Assembly: GCA_002478945.1 (NCBI GenBank)
Contig: DLKM01000028.1
Coordinates: forward strand, 57,136 to 121,135
Reading direction: 5' to 3'
Source: Christensenella sp. UBA7588
Lineage (GTDB): Bacteria; Bacillota; Clostridia; Christensenellales; CAG-917
DNA: 64,000 bases
This document shows positions 46,152 to 54,416 of this stretch, one piece after another (position 1 is the first letter of the stretch; each line of letters begins with the position of its first letter). Both the position numbers and the translations under genes were made by a program. Under the pieces are notes generated by a model. The model saw only the letters and a list, made by a program, of their open reading frames with translations, ran no database searches and had not been told where the DNA came from.

Positions 46152-47423
46152 TTATTCTATGACAGTATATGCAAACGGATACGGCGTCGAGCCTCCGTCA
46201 TAAGGTTTTCTAAAGCCACAGTCTATGCATTGATAGAATCTTTGGCTCGGTTCGACTATAAATCTGTGGCTTTTAACTTCGCTATAATCGCAGTAGCAAG
46301 ACTTGGTATGGCTGTTCAAGCCTTTTGACGTGTATGTATATGTGTGTCTGTGCGTAGCAAGTTTGCAAGAACAAACAGTACTGCCGTCGGAGAGATAATA
46401 GTTGTTTGAATGCGAATGGCGAATAAATTGAAATGAGCCTGCAATATATCCCGTGATATATTGATAATCTATAGTATTACTTGTATAAAAAATATTTGCG
46501 TGATTTACTTCCGAGTCCCAACCGTAATTCGCATACAAAGTATCGTTATCATCGTCATAATCGGAGGCAACAACAGCGTGGTAGGCTTCTTCCCATTCCG
46601 ACGAGGAGTCGCTCCTTGTTTTTCCGTTTATAAACGTTATTACGGGAACGCCTTGTTTTACATAGTCGATAATCTCTCTGCGCATTTTTTCGCTGTATGT
46701 GTAGCTTTCGTTAGGATAATTGTCCTTAAATTGATTGATATGCGACTCATAATGGAAGAAGAAACTGTTTTGAGGGATATTGTTGTTATTCTGTAAGTAC
46801 GAGACCAACAAATTGTATGTTTCGTCGTTTGTTAATCCGAAACTATGGCTAGCTGCTAAGTCAATATAGCCGAGCGTCATTCCTAAATTTAGAAGATATG
46901 AATGAAAATTAGTACCGATGTTTGAGTTCATATAATCTAAGTATTCAAAATCGTTACTTTCGTTTCTTTTATAAATGTCAGGTGCTTCATCGAGAATTCC
47001 CGGAGCATTAGGACAATAATACGAATCGTTATACCTTACCGCCAGTTCCGTTTTGTCATATTGTTCGGGGATGATGTTATCGTTCCAATAAGTGTCGTAA
47101 AATGACAGCCACATCCCGACAGCAACATATGCACAAGAACCGCGCAGATTTTTTCCGTGGTTTTTTAGAGAGCGGAAATACTGTTTAGCAAAGTATGGTA
47201 GTTCAGTCGTTACGTCTGACGACTGCTCCGATAATCCGTACTGTCCCGATTCATTAGCGGCATAACAAGAATGTCCGTCGCAAACGGCGGCATTTTTGCC
47301 TGACTGATAAGACGCGTGCGCAACGTCAAGCGGCTTAATCGTTTTAATGAAAGGGAATGAAACAATCAGTAGCAGTACAAAAACAAGTGAAAACGTTATA
47401 ATTGTTGCAATTTTGGCTTTCAT
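46152..47423 (-). CDS. secreted/anchored putative papain-fold cysteine peptidase (C10/streptopain-like pattern) with C-terminal Cys/His-rich module
   Basis: N-terminal signal anchor, the candidate nucleophile motif RGSCAYVAVGMW, and a candidate His/Asn region YHAVVASDYDDDNDTLYANYGWD (compare C10 HAF..DGY...NWGW). The C-terminus has CSC..H.H...C.C....H...CIDCG. RBS AGGAGG upstream. Confidence 0.5.
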   Translation of the reverse strand: MKAKIATIITFSLVFVLLLIVSFPFIKTIKPLDVAHASYQSGKNAAVCDGHSCYAANESGQYGLSEQSSDVTTELPYFAKQYFRSLKNHGKNLRGSCAYVAVGMWLSFYDTYWNDNIIPEQYDKTELAVRYNDSYYCPNAPGILDEAPDIYKRNESNDFEYLDYMNSNIGTNFHSYLLNLGMTLGYIDLAASHSFGLTNDETYNLLVSYLQNNNNIPQNSFFFHYESHINQFKDNYPNESYTYSEKMRREIIDYVKQGVPVITFINGKTRSDSSSEWEEAYHAVVASDYDDDNDTLYANYGWDSEVNHANIFYTSNTIDYQYITGYIAGSFQFIRHSHSNNYYLSDGSTVCSCKLATHRHTYTYTSKGLNSHTKSCYCDYSEVKSHRFIVEPSQRFYQCIDCGFRKPYDGGSTPYPFAYTVIE

Positions 47424-47606
47424 AATTTTTCCTCCTTAAAACTATTGTAAATAGCTATCTCCACCTTCATATTAACATAGGCAATATGCGTTGTCAATAG
47501 CGAATTTTGTACATATATAGGACGAGTGCAACATGATAAAACAGAGGTTTTATGTATTGTGATTTTATCTATATATATCGATAAGAGCGATTATTTGGGC
47601 AAAAAC

Positions 47607-47635
47607 TTGACAAATGCGTTCAAAAATTGTATATT
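47607..47635 (+). promoter_or_regulatory. putative sigma-A promoter of rex
   Basis: TTGACA (47607-47612), a 17-nt spacer, then TATATT (47630-47635). Confidence 0.55.
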
Positions 47636-47666
47636 TTTTATCGATATATATCAGCGAGGCGATATT

Positions 47667-48311
47667 ATGACCAAAGACAATAAAGAGATTTCAAAAGCCA
47701 CTCTCAACAGGCTTCCGTCCTATCTCAAATACTTGTATCAACTTGACAAGCTCAACGTTGCCACCGTTTCGAGCACTACGATTGCAAACGGCCTTAATCT
47801 CAATCCCGTGCAAGTGCGCAAGGATATTGCGCTCGTTTCCTCCGTTGCGGGCAAGCCGAAAATGGGATACGTTACCAAAGAAATCATTGCCGATTTGGAA
47901 GGCTTTTTGGGATATAACAACACGCACGACGCAATATTAGTCGGAGTCGGCGGTCTCGGAAAAGCGTTTTTGGGTTACGGCGGTTTTGAAAACTACGGCT
48001 TGAATATCGTCGCGGCGTTCGATAACAACGAAAAGATTGTAAATACCAAAATCAACGGCAAGCCCGTTTACGACATAAGCAAATTGCAAAGCATCGTCGC
48101 AAGATTCAATATCAAGCTCGGCATTATAACCGTGCCTGCCTATGCGGCGCAAGAGGTTGCGGACAGAATGGTGGCGGCAGGTATCAAAGCGATATGGAAC
48201 TTTGCTTCCGTACACCTCAACATTCCTGCAAACATCGCTCTCAAAAACGAGGACTTGGCATCGTCGCTTGCATTGTTGAGCTTGCAGATTCAGACCAACA
48301 GACAAGAATAA
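47667..48311 (+). CDS. rex: redox-sensing transcriptional repressor Rex
   Basis: ISKATLNRLPSYLKYL, a winged helix (VSSTTIANGLNLNPVQVRKDI), and a Rossmann motif ILVGVGGLGKAFLGY. Confidence 0.92.
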   Translation: MTKDNKEISKATLNRLPSYLKYLYQLDKLNVATVSSTTIANGLNLNPVQVRKDIALVSSVAGKPKMGYVTKEIIADLEGFLGYNNTHDAILVGVGGLGKAFLGYGGFENYGLNIVAAFDNNEKIVNTKINGKPVYDISKLQSIVARFNIKLGIITVPAYAAQEVADRMVAAGIKAIWNFASVHLNIPANIALKNEDLASSLALLSLQIQTNRQE

Positions 48312-48325
48312 AACGGGTTATCCCG

Positions 48326-48361
48326 ATAAAAAGAAAATCTCGCAATTTGCGAGATTTTTTC
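48326..48361. terminator. bidirectional rho-independent terminator
   Basis: AAATCTCGCA att TGCGAGATTT flanked by an A-run and a T-run, between the convergent rex and IPMDH-like genes. Confidence 0.8.
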
Positions 48362-48376
48362 ATATATAACGTTTTG

Positions 48377-49360
48377 TTATTGCAATCGCGACAGGATTGC
48401 TTCGGTGGTTTCGTCCGCAGATAATTCGCCGCCGAGGTCTATCGGCGCGCATCCGTCCGACAACGCTTGTCGCACGGCGTTTTCAAGAGCGTCCGCCGCA
48501 TCTGCCATATCGAAGGAATGGCGGAGCATACAAGCGGAAGCCAGAATCGCGCCTATCGGATTGCAGAATCTGCCGAACACGTCGGGAGCGCACACCGCTT
48601 CGTAAACGCCTTGGGGAGTGTCTTTCAGATATGCGGACGGCAAGACGCGGGAGTTTTCCGCTACGGCAGATGCAAGCGAGGTCAACACGTCGGCAAACGC
48701 TCTCGGAGCAAGCACGACGTCGAAAGACGACGGCTCGAGAGCAAGGCGTGCGGCTACGTCGCAGGCGTATGCAGCGTCCAGACGAACGTCGGGGTAGTCC
48801 TCGTTTATGTCAGTTACAATTTTTCTCCAAAGACGGGAAGTGGCAAAAACGTTTGCTTCGTCCGCAAGCGTGAGTTTGTGCGCCCTTTCGCTTGCAATCT
48901 CGTATGCTATACGCGCAACCCTTTCGATTTCGAGTTCCCCGTAGCATTGAATTTCATACGCCTCTCTGCCGAATTTCTCTCCGTTGCGAAAACCGCTCTC
49001 GTTTCGGCGTACGCCGTAGTCGGCGTCGCACACGGTCACTATGTCCGAGCCTTTGTCGAGAGATTTTATACGTCGCAAATATGCGTACACGCCGAGCGAA
49101 TCGATTATTTTGCGTACCGCGCCGCTTTGGCAGAACTTTGCGTCGGCAGAGCCTATAAGCACGGCGTGCGCCTTGTCGGCTTTGTCGATTGCATCGTTTA
49201 TAAACGTCGTATTTTCGTTTGCGGCATCGCCCGTAAGGCAGGGCGTGAAGCGGAACTCGCAAGAATACTTTTGTCCTATGACGTCAAACGCTCTTTTTGA
49301 ATGAGCGAGAATTTCGTTGCCGACCGCGCCTATCGCAATCGTCGCTATATCGTAAATCAT
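48377..49360 (-). CDS. isocitrate/isopropylmalate dehydrogenase-family protein with a degenerate active site
   Basis: It aligns by eye along the whole IPMDH fold (AVLIGSADAKF, ELEIERVARIAYEIA, DEANVF..SRLWRK, FDVVLAPRAFADVLTSLAS, PSAYL, NPIGAILASACML). Start at ATG 49360 with RBS GAGGA. Confidence 0.7.
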   Translation of the reverse strand: MIYDIATIAIGAVGNEILAHSKRAFDVIGQKYSCEFRFTPCLTGDAANENTTFINDAIDKADKAHAVLIGSADAKFCQSGAVRKIIDSLGVYAYLRRIKSLDKGSDIVTVCDADYGVRRNESGFRNGEKFGREAYEIQCYGELEIERVARIAYEIASERAHKLTLADEANVFATSRLWRKIVTDINEDYPDVRLDAAYACDVAARLALEPSSFDVVLAPRAFADVLTSLASAVAENSRVLPSAYLKDTPQGVYEAVCAPDVFGRFCNPIGAILASACMLRHSFDMADAADALENAVRQALSDGCAPIDLGGELSADETTEAILSRLQ

Positions 49361-49504
49361 TTTATTTTCCTCGTAACGTCGTTTGCCCGACGTGCGACCA
49401 AAGGTCGCAAAAGCAAAACTTCGACTTAAAAATATAATATAACAAACGCAAATTTTCGTCAATTCGTTCGAAATGACGGGAAAAGACTTCGATGTAACTT
49501 GATT

Positions 49505-49604
49505 TTATGCAATTTATGCGTATATTTTATGCATAATTGCAATTATTATGCAATATTTGCAAAATAATATAAAAAATAACAAAATTTTATGCAGTTTTGC
49601 TTGC
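49505..49604. promoter_or_regulatory. array of four phased TTATGCA-containing boxes in a divergent promoter region
   Basis: The four boxes are TTATGCAATTTATGCGTA (49505-49522), TTATGCATAATTGCAATT (49527-49544), TTATGCAATATTTGCAAA (49546-49563) and TTATGCAGTTTTGCTTGC (49587-49604). Boxes 2 and 3 contain TGCA(A)-N3/4-(T)TGCA palindromes. Confidence 0.5.
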
Positions 49605-49672
49605 TTTATTTTTTTTAGATTGCTATTATTATTTGGCAATAAAGAAAAAAGAAATTTTCGGAGATATACATT

Positions 49673-50563
49673 ATGAAAAAAACAGCAAAAATAGTACTTG
49701 CTCTCGCAATGGTTGCAACAATAGTTTCTGCGTGTTTCGCACTTTGCGCGTGCAACGACAATGATATAAAACTCGTGGCCGTCAACGCCGCCGACCTGCT
49801 CAAAGAGGACTTCGGAATTGCCGTAACGAAAGGCAATACCGCACTTATGGACGCAATCAACCAAGTGATTGACGAGTGGACGGCAAACGGCAAAATCTCG
49901 CAATACACCGAGTATTATTCCGCTCTCGCCGACGAGGAAAACGGCGGTGCAAAGGCCGTTGCTCCCGACGGACTTCAAACGAGTTGGGACTTTGGCGGAG
50001 CAACGCAAACGATTACGATTTTTACCGAATCGGGTTTTGCTCCGTATGAGTTTATTCACGGCGGAAGCGTAGTGGGCATCGATATTGCGATTATGTCGCA
50101 AGTTGCGGCAAACACGGGCAAAAAACTCGAAATCAAGGACGTTGCTTTCGACGTGATTGCAACGAACGTCGCAACCGCCACAGGCGACGCTGTGGGCGCG
50201 GCAGGTATGTCTATTACGGACGAGCGTAAAGAGGTTGTCGATTTCAGTCACGTTTATGCATATTCGACGCTCGTAGTCGTGTCCAAAGACGGACAATACA
50301 AGAGCGTAAAAGACCTTGCGGGCAAGAAAGTTGGCGTGCAGGAAGGCACGAGCGGAGACCTTATTATCAGCGAAGCAATCGGCAACGGATATACCTACGA
50401 GATTGAAAATTCGGACGGTACGACAAGCACCGTCGTAGTAAAAGCTAATGGCGCGGAAGTGAAGCAATACAAGGCTTATGCGCTTGCGCTTCAAGACCTC
50501 AAAAACGGACGTATCGACGCAATACTTATGGACAACATTCCTGCGGAGTTGATGCTGAAATGA
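49673..50563 (+). CDS. amino-acid ABC transporter substrate-binding lipoprotein (SBP_bac_3 family), apparently circularly permuted
   Basis: Lipobox LCAC. The body ITIFTESGFAPYEF..GIDIAIM...AGMSITDERKEVVDFSHVY...GVQEGTSGD...GRIDAILMD is typical. The usually C-terminal FGIAV.KGN...IN segment sits at the N-terminus instead. Confidence 0.8.
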   Translation: MKKTAKIVLALAMVATIVSACFALCACNDNDIKLVAVNAADLLKEDFGIAVTKGNTALMDAINQVIDEWTANGKISQYTEYYSALADEENGGAKAVAPDGLQTSWDFGGATQTITIFTESGFAPYEFIHGGSVVGIDIAIMSQVAANTGKKLEIKDVAFDVIATNVATATGDAVGAAGMSITDERKEVVDFSHVYAYSTLVVVSKDGQYKSVKDLAGKKVGVQEGTSGDLIISEAIGNGYTYEIENSDGTTSTVVVKANGAEVKQYKAYALALQDLKNGRIDAILMDNIPAELMLK

Positions 50564-51315
50564 ATAGCGTTTTGTCAGCGACGATTAAAGACCGTCTGTA
50601 TAAGGCTTTTATATACGACGACAGATACAAACTGTATTTCAAAGGACTGGGCAACACTCTTTTGATTGCGCTTCTTGCCACGCTTATAGGTGTGGCAATC
50701 GGCGTTACTTTGGCAATGATTGTCTACGTCAACAAAAAGACGGGCAAACTCAAAGCATTGTCTCTCGTTGCCAAAACGTACATAATGATAATCCGCGGAA
50801 CGCCTGTCGTTTTGCAACTTTTCATAATGTATTTCGTGGTGCTTGCCTCATCGGATAACGGTTTGCTTATAGGCGCGCTCACGTTCGGACTCAACTCGGG
50901 CGCGTACGTTGCGGAAATCGTAAGAGCAGGCTTCGAGAGCGTGGATTACGGTCAAATGGAAGCAGGACGTTCGCTGGGTATGTCCACGGGGCAAACGCTT
51001 TTGCGAGTCGTAACTCCGCAAGCGGTGCGCAACGTTATGCCGCCTCTTTTTAACGAATTTATAACTCTCGTCAAAGAAACCGCAGTCGTCGGATACGTCG
51101 GAATCAACGACCTCGGAAAAGTGCCGAGCCAAATTCAATCGAGGACTTTCGATTATCTTTTCCCGCTGCTTATTGCGGCAATTATGTACCTCGTGATAGT
51201 TATGGGGCTTACGGGAATACTCAAACTCATAGAGAAGCAGATGGCAAAATCCGACCGTAACTATAAGCGCATCAGCGTGCGCGGAAAGAACAAGACGAGC
51301 GTCGAGGAGGTGTAA
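50560..51315 (+). CDS. amino-acid ABC transporter permease (His/Glu/Gln/Arg family)
   Basis: The [12 protein letters not shown] and EAGRSLGMS...[11 protein letters not shown] (EAA loop) motifs. Confidence 0.88.
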   Translation: MNSVLSATIKDRLYKAFIYDDRYKLYFKGLGNTLLIALLATLIGVAIGVTLAMIVYVNKKTGKLKALSLVAKTYIMIIRGTPVVLQLFIMYFVVLASSDNGLLIGALTFGLNSGAYVAEIVRAGFESVDYGQMEAGRSLGMSTGQTLLRVVTPQAVRNVMPPLFNEFITLVKETAVVGYVGINDLGKVPSQIQSRTFDYLFPLLIAAIMYLVIVMGLTGILKLIEKQMAKSDRNYKRISVRGKNKTSVEEV

Positions 51316-51320
51316 GGACT

Positions 51321-52388
51321 ATGTTGAGCGCAATAAATCTGACGAAAAAATTTGGAGATTTGCTCGTCCTCGACGATATAACCGAGACGATAAACGAGGG
51401 AGAAATAGTCGTTATAGTCGGACCGAGCGGCGGCGGAAAATCAACGTTTTTGCGTTGCCTTAACTGCCTCGAGGACCCGACTGCGGGCAAGATAATGTTT
51501 GACGGCGTAGACCTTGCCGACCTCAAAGTGGATATAAACGAACAGCGCGAAAAAATGGGTATGGTTTTCCAACAATTCAACCTGTTCAACAATATGACGG
51601 TAAAGCAAAACATCACTCTCGCACCCGTGCAAATCGGCGTAAAAAATATGCGCAAAACGAAGCTCGAAAACGCGCTCGTACCCGTTTACAACGAGTGGTT
51701 TAAGTTGTTCGGGAAAAAGCACAACGAGAGAGTTGATAAAAAGGTCGTTTTGCTCGAAAACAAACTTGAAGAACTCAAAACGCAACTTGAACCTATCGTT
51801 TCTGCGTGGGAGGAGACGAAAGTCATCAAGGACATAAGCGGAAAATCTTATGCCACTTACGATGAAAGACTCACAAAACAAAAACTCGATTTAACGGAAA
51901 AAATCGAGGCGGTCGAGCGCAAAATTTCGCACTCCGTTCACGCTTGCGAAAAGCAGAAAAAACCGCTTGAGTTTTCAAGCGTAAAAGAGATAAAGCAACG
52001 AGCGTCCGAAAACGCAGACAAATTCCTCGAGCGCATCGGACTTTCGAGCAAAGCCGACGTCTACCCCTCAACGCTCAGCGGCGGACAAAAACAGCGTGTG
52101 GCGATTGCTCGCGCGCTTGCGATGAATCCCAAAGTTATGCTTTTCGACGAGCCGACTTCCGCACTCGACCCCGAGATGGTCGGAGAAGTGCTTGACCTTA
52201 TAAAGCAAGTGGCAGAGGGCGGTATGACGATGGTTATTGTAACTCACGAAATGGCGTTTGCAAGAGAAATCGGAACGAGGATACTGTTTATGGCGGAAGG
52301 CAAGATTTTGGAACAGGCTCCGCCCGACGAGTTCTTTACAAATCCGCAATGCCCGAGACTCAAAGAATTTTTGAAAAAAGTTTTGTAA
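51321..52388 (+). CDS. amino-acid ABC transporter ATP-binding protein with a ~105-aa helical insertion
   Basis: Walker [11 protein letters not shown]-loop MVFQQFNLF, signature [15 protein letters not shown], Walker [12 protein letters not shown] and H-loop VTHEM. It is 355 aa against about 240 aa for typical GlnQ-type proteins. Confidence 0.88.
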   Translation: MLSAINLTKKFGDLLVLDDITETINEGEIVVIVGPSGGGKSTFLRCLNCLEDPTAGKIMFDGVDLADLKVDINEQREKMGMVFQQFNLFNNMTVKQNITLAPVQIGVKNMRKTKLENALVPVYNEWFKLFGKKHNERVDKKVVLLENKLEELKTQLEPIVSAWEETKVIKDISGKSYATYDERLTKQKLDLTEKIEAVERKISHSVHACEKQKKPLEFSSVKEIKQRASENADKFLERIGLSSKADVYPSTLSGGQKQRVAIARALAMNPKVMLFDEPTSALDPEMVGEVLDLIKQVAEGGMTMVIVTHEMAFAREIGTRILFMAEGKILEQAPPDEFFTNPQCPRLKEFLKKVL

Positions 52389-52389
52389 A

Positions 52390-52430
52390 GAAAAACGGCT
52401 TTCCGACAAGGGAAAGCCGTTCTTTTTTTG
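52390..52430. terminator. bidirectional rho-independent terminator
   Basis: ACGGCTTTCC gacaag GGAAAGCCGT, with an A-run upstream and a T-run downstream. Confidence 0.85.
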
Positions 52431-52435
52431 TATAA

Positions 52436-53764
52436 TCAATACCCGTATTTCTTTTGATTCGTCGCAAGGAATATGATTTCCAAAACGAGCGACAGAAATT
52501 CCGCAACGATTACCGACACCCATATACCCGTAAGTCCGAACGCCATAGGCAGGAGCATAACCGCCGCAATCTGGAATATCAGCGTACGGGCGAAAGATAC
52601 GATTGCCGAGATAAGTCCGTTGTTGAGCGCGGTAAAGAATGACGAAGTGAAGATGTTGAAGCCCATAAATATGAACGACACCGAGAATATGCGCATACCT
52701 AACGTCGTCATATCGAGCAAACTTTTGTCGTAACTTACGAATATGCTCGAAAGCGGACGTGCAAGCGATACGGAAAGAATCGTCATAACCACGCCTGCCG
52801 CGATATTGATAATCGTGCTTTTTCGGAACATATTTTTGAGTTCGTCTTTGTTTTGCGCGCCGTAGTTGTAACTTATTATAGGCGCGACGCCGATTGCGTA
52901 ACCCATAAACACCGCCGCGAATATGAAACTTGCGTACATAATTATTCCGTACGCCGATACGCCGTCCTCGCCTGCGAATTTGAGAAGTTGCATATTGTAT
53001 ATCATACTGACGACGGACGAAGCCACGTTGCTGAGAAGTTCGCTCGAACCGTTGGTAACGGTCTGAAAGAGCATACGCGGAGCAAACGTCGCTTTGCCGA
53101 GTCGCAACAGGCTCTTGTTGGGGCAAACGAAGTATATGATAGGAATGATTGCGCCGAAGAATTGTCCGATTATCGTTGCGTAAGCCGCGCCCGCAAGCCC
53201 GAGTTTTGCGCCGACGACGAACGCCGCGTCCAAAACTATATTCGTAACGCCTGCGATTGCGGTTACGGCAAAGCCGAGTTGAGGTCTTTCCGCAACGATG
53301 AAGAAAGTCTGGAACAGGTTTTGCACCATAAACAACGTTTCCGCGCCTATAAGAATCTGACCGTACAAAGTACAGTAGGGGAGCATTTCGTCCGTCGCGC
53401 CGAGCAACTTCGCTATAGGCTCGACGAAGAACACCACGGCAAGAGATACTGCGACGCCGAGAATTACGGTGGAATACACCACGCCCGAGAAAATCTTGTT
53501 GGCTTTTCCCTTGTCTCCCTCTCCGAGAGTTTTTGCGACGAGAGCGGAGCCGCCCGCGCCCATCATAAAGCCGAGCGAACCCAAAATCATAGTCACGGGG
53601 AATATGAGATTGAGTGCGGCAAACGCCGTTTTGCCCACGAAATTGGATACGAAAACGCCGTCTACGATGCTGTATATAGACGTAAATACCATCATAAGGA
53701 TAGGCGAAATTACCGCTTTTCCTATCTTTTTGTATGTAAAGTGTTCGTCGAGATGTACTGCCAT
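52436..53764 (-). CDS. MATE-family efflux transporter
   Basis: 442 aa with 12 TM segments, and the typical N-terminus PILMMVFTSIYSIVDGVFVSNFVGKTAFAALNL. Confidence 0.88.
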   Translation of the reverse strand: MAVHLDEHFTYKKIGKAVISPILMMVFTSIYSIVDGVFVSNFVGKTAFAALNLIFPVTMILGSLGFMMGAGGSALVAKTLGEGDKGKANKIFSGVVYSTVILGVAVSLAVVFFVEPIAKLLGATDEMLPYCTLYGQILIGAETLFMVQNLFQTFFIVAERPQLGFAVTAIAGVTNIVLDAAFVVGAKLGLAGAAYATIIGQFFGAIIPIIYFVCPNKSLLRLGKATFAPRMLFQTVTNGSSELLSNVASSVVSMIYNMQLLKFAGEDGVSAYGIIMYASFIFAAVFMGYAIGVAPIISYNYGAQNKDELKNMFRKSTIINIAAGVVMTILSVSLARPLSSIFVSYDKSLLDMTTLGMRIFSVSFIFMGFNIFTSSFFTALNNGLISAIVSFARTLIFQIAAVMLLPMAFGLTGIWVSVIVAEFLSLVLEIIFLATNQKKYGY

Positions 53765-54217
53765 TTATGCCTCTGTATGCATTGCCGAAAAGTGCTTATC
53801 GGCGTGTTTTTTGAATAATACGTTGTATTTGTGCGTAAGCGCGACAAGCGCGTCCGCTTCTTTTTCGTCAAGTTCCTGCCAAAGTTCGTCCTCTATATCG
53901 TCCATAACCGCAACTTTCTGTTTGTATACCTCTTGTCCGAGCGGTGTGAGATGCAAGGATTTGATTTTGTTATTTCCGTCGACAGACGTCATTGCGACGT
54001 ATCCTAAAGAAGCCAGTTTCTTGATTGAAGAATTGATTGTCTGTTTGGGAATATACAGTTTTTTCGCGATGTCCGCTTGCGTGTTTATGCCGTTTGCGAT
54101 GCAATAAAGGCTCAAAAATTCGCTTGTGGAAAAACCCGATTTTTCCATTATTTCGTTGTATAGTCCGTCGCTTTCCCAAAACAGCGCGCGATATTGTTGT
54201 ACGCTTGCCATATACAC
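53765..54217 (-). CDS. MarR-family transcriptional regulator
   Basis: Winged-helix region QADIAKKLYIPKQTINSSIKKLASLGYV. It is directly abutted to the MATE gene in an operon. RBS GAGGTG upstream. Confidence 0.85.
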   Translation of the reverse strand: MYMASVQQYRALFWESDGLYNEIMEKSGFSTSEFLSLYCIANGINTQADIAKKLYIPKQTINSSIKKLASLGYVAMTSVDGNNKIKSLHLTPLGQEVYKQKVAVMDDIEDELWQELDEKEADALVALTHKYNVLFKKHADKHFSAMHTEA

Positions 54218-54416
54218 CTCAAATAGTCCGATTTCGTACCATTTTATTGCTTTGAAATATAAAAGTCAAGCGTTTGAAAACAAATAACGATTTGCATGCG
54301 GCACAAGTAAAGTATAGAACGCGCTCGATATTAGTTCTTTACAAAACAAAGGTTTGATGTTATCATATAATGTAACTTAACATAGGATATTATGCGCACG
54401 CGGCGCAAAGGTAAGA

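Noticed and set aside
45395-47447. Short inverted repeat AAATAGTTTT (45395-45404) / AAAACTATT (47439-47447) that could delimit the AT-rich islet.
   Set aside because: It is only about 9 nt of AT-only sequence in AT-rich spacers, which is easily a chance match. There are no target-site duplications or mobility genes.
47607-47626. Possible Rex operator TTGACAAATGCGTTCAAAAA overlapping the rex promoter.
   Set aside because: It has two mismatches in the left half-site, a poor right half-site and a 1-nt spacing error relative to TTGTGAA-N4-TTCACAA / TTGTTAA-N4-TTAACAA. This is not convincing without a genome-specific motif model. No better Rex box was seen upstream of rnfC.
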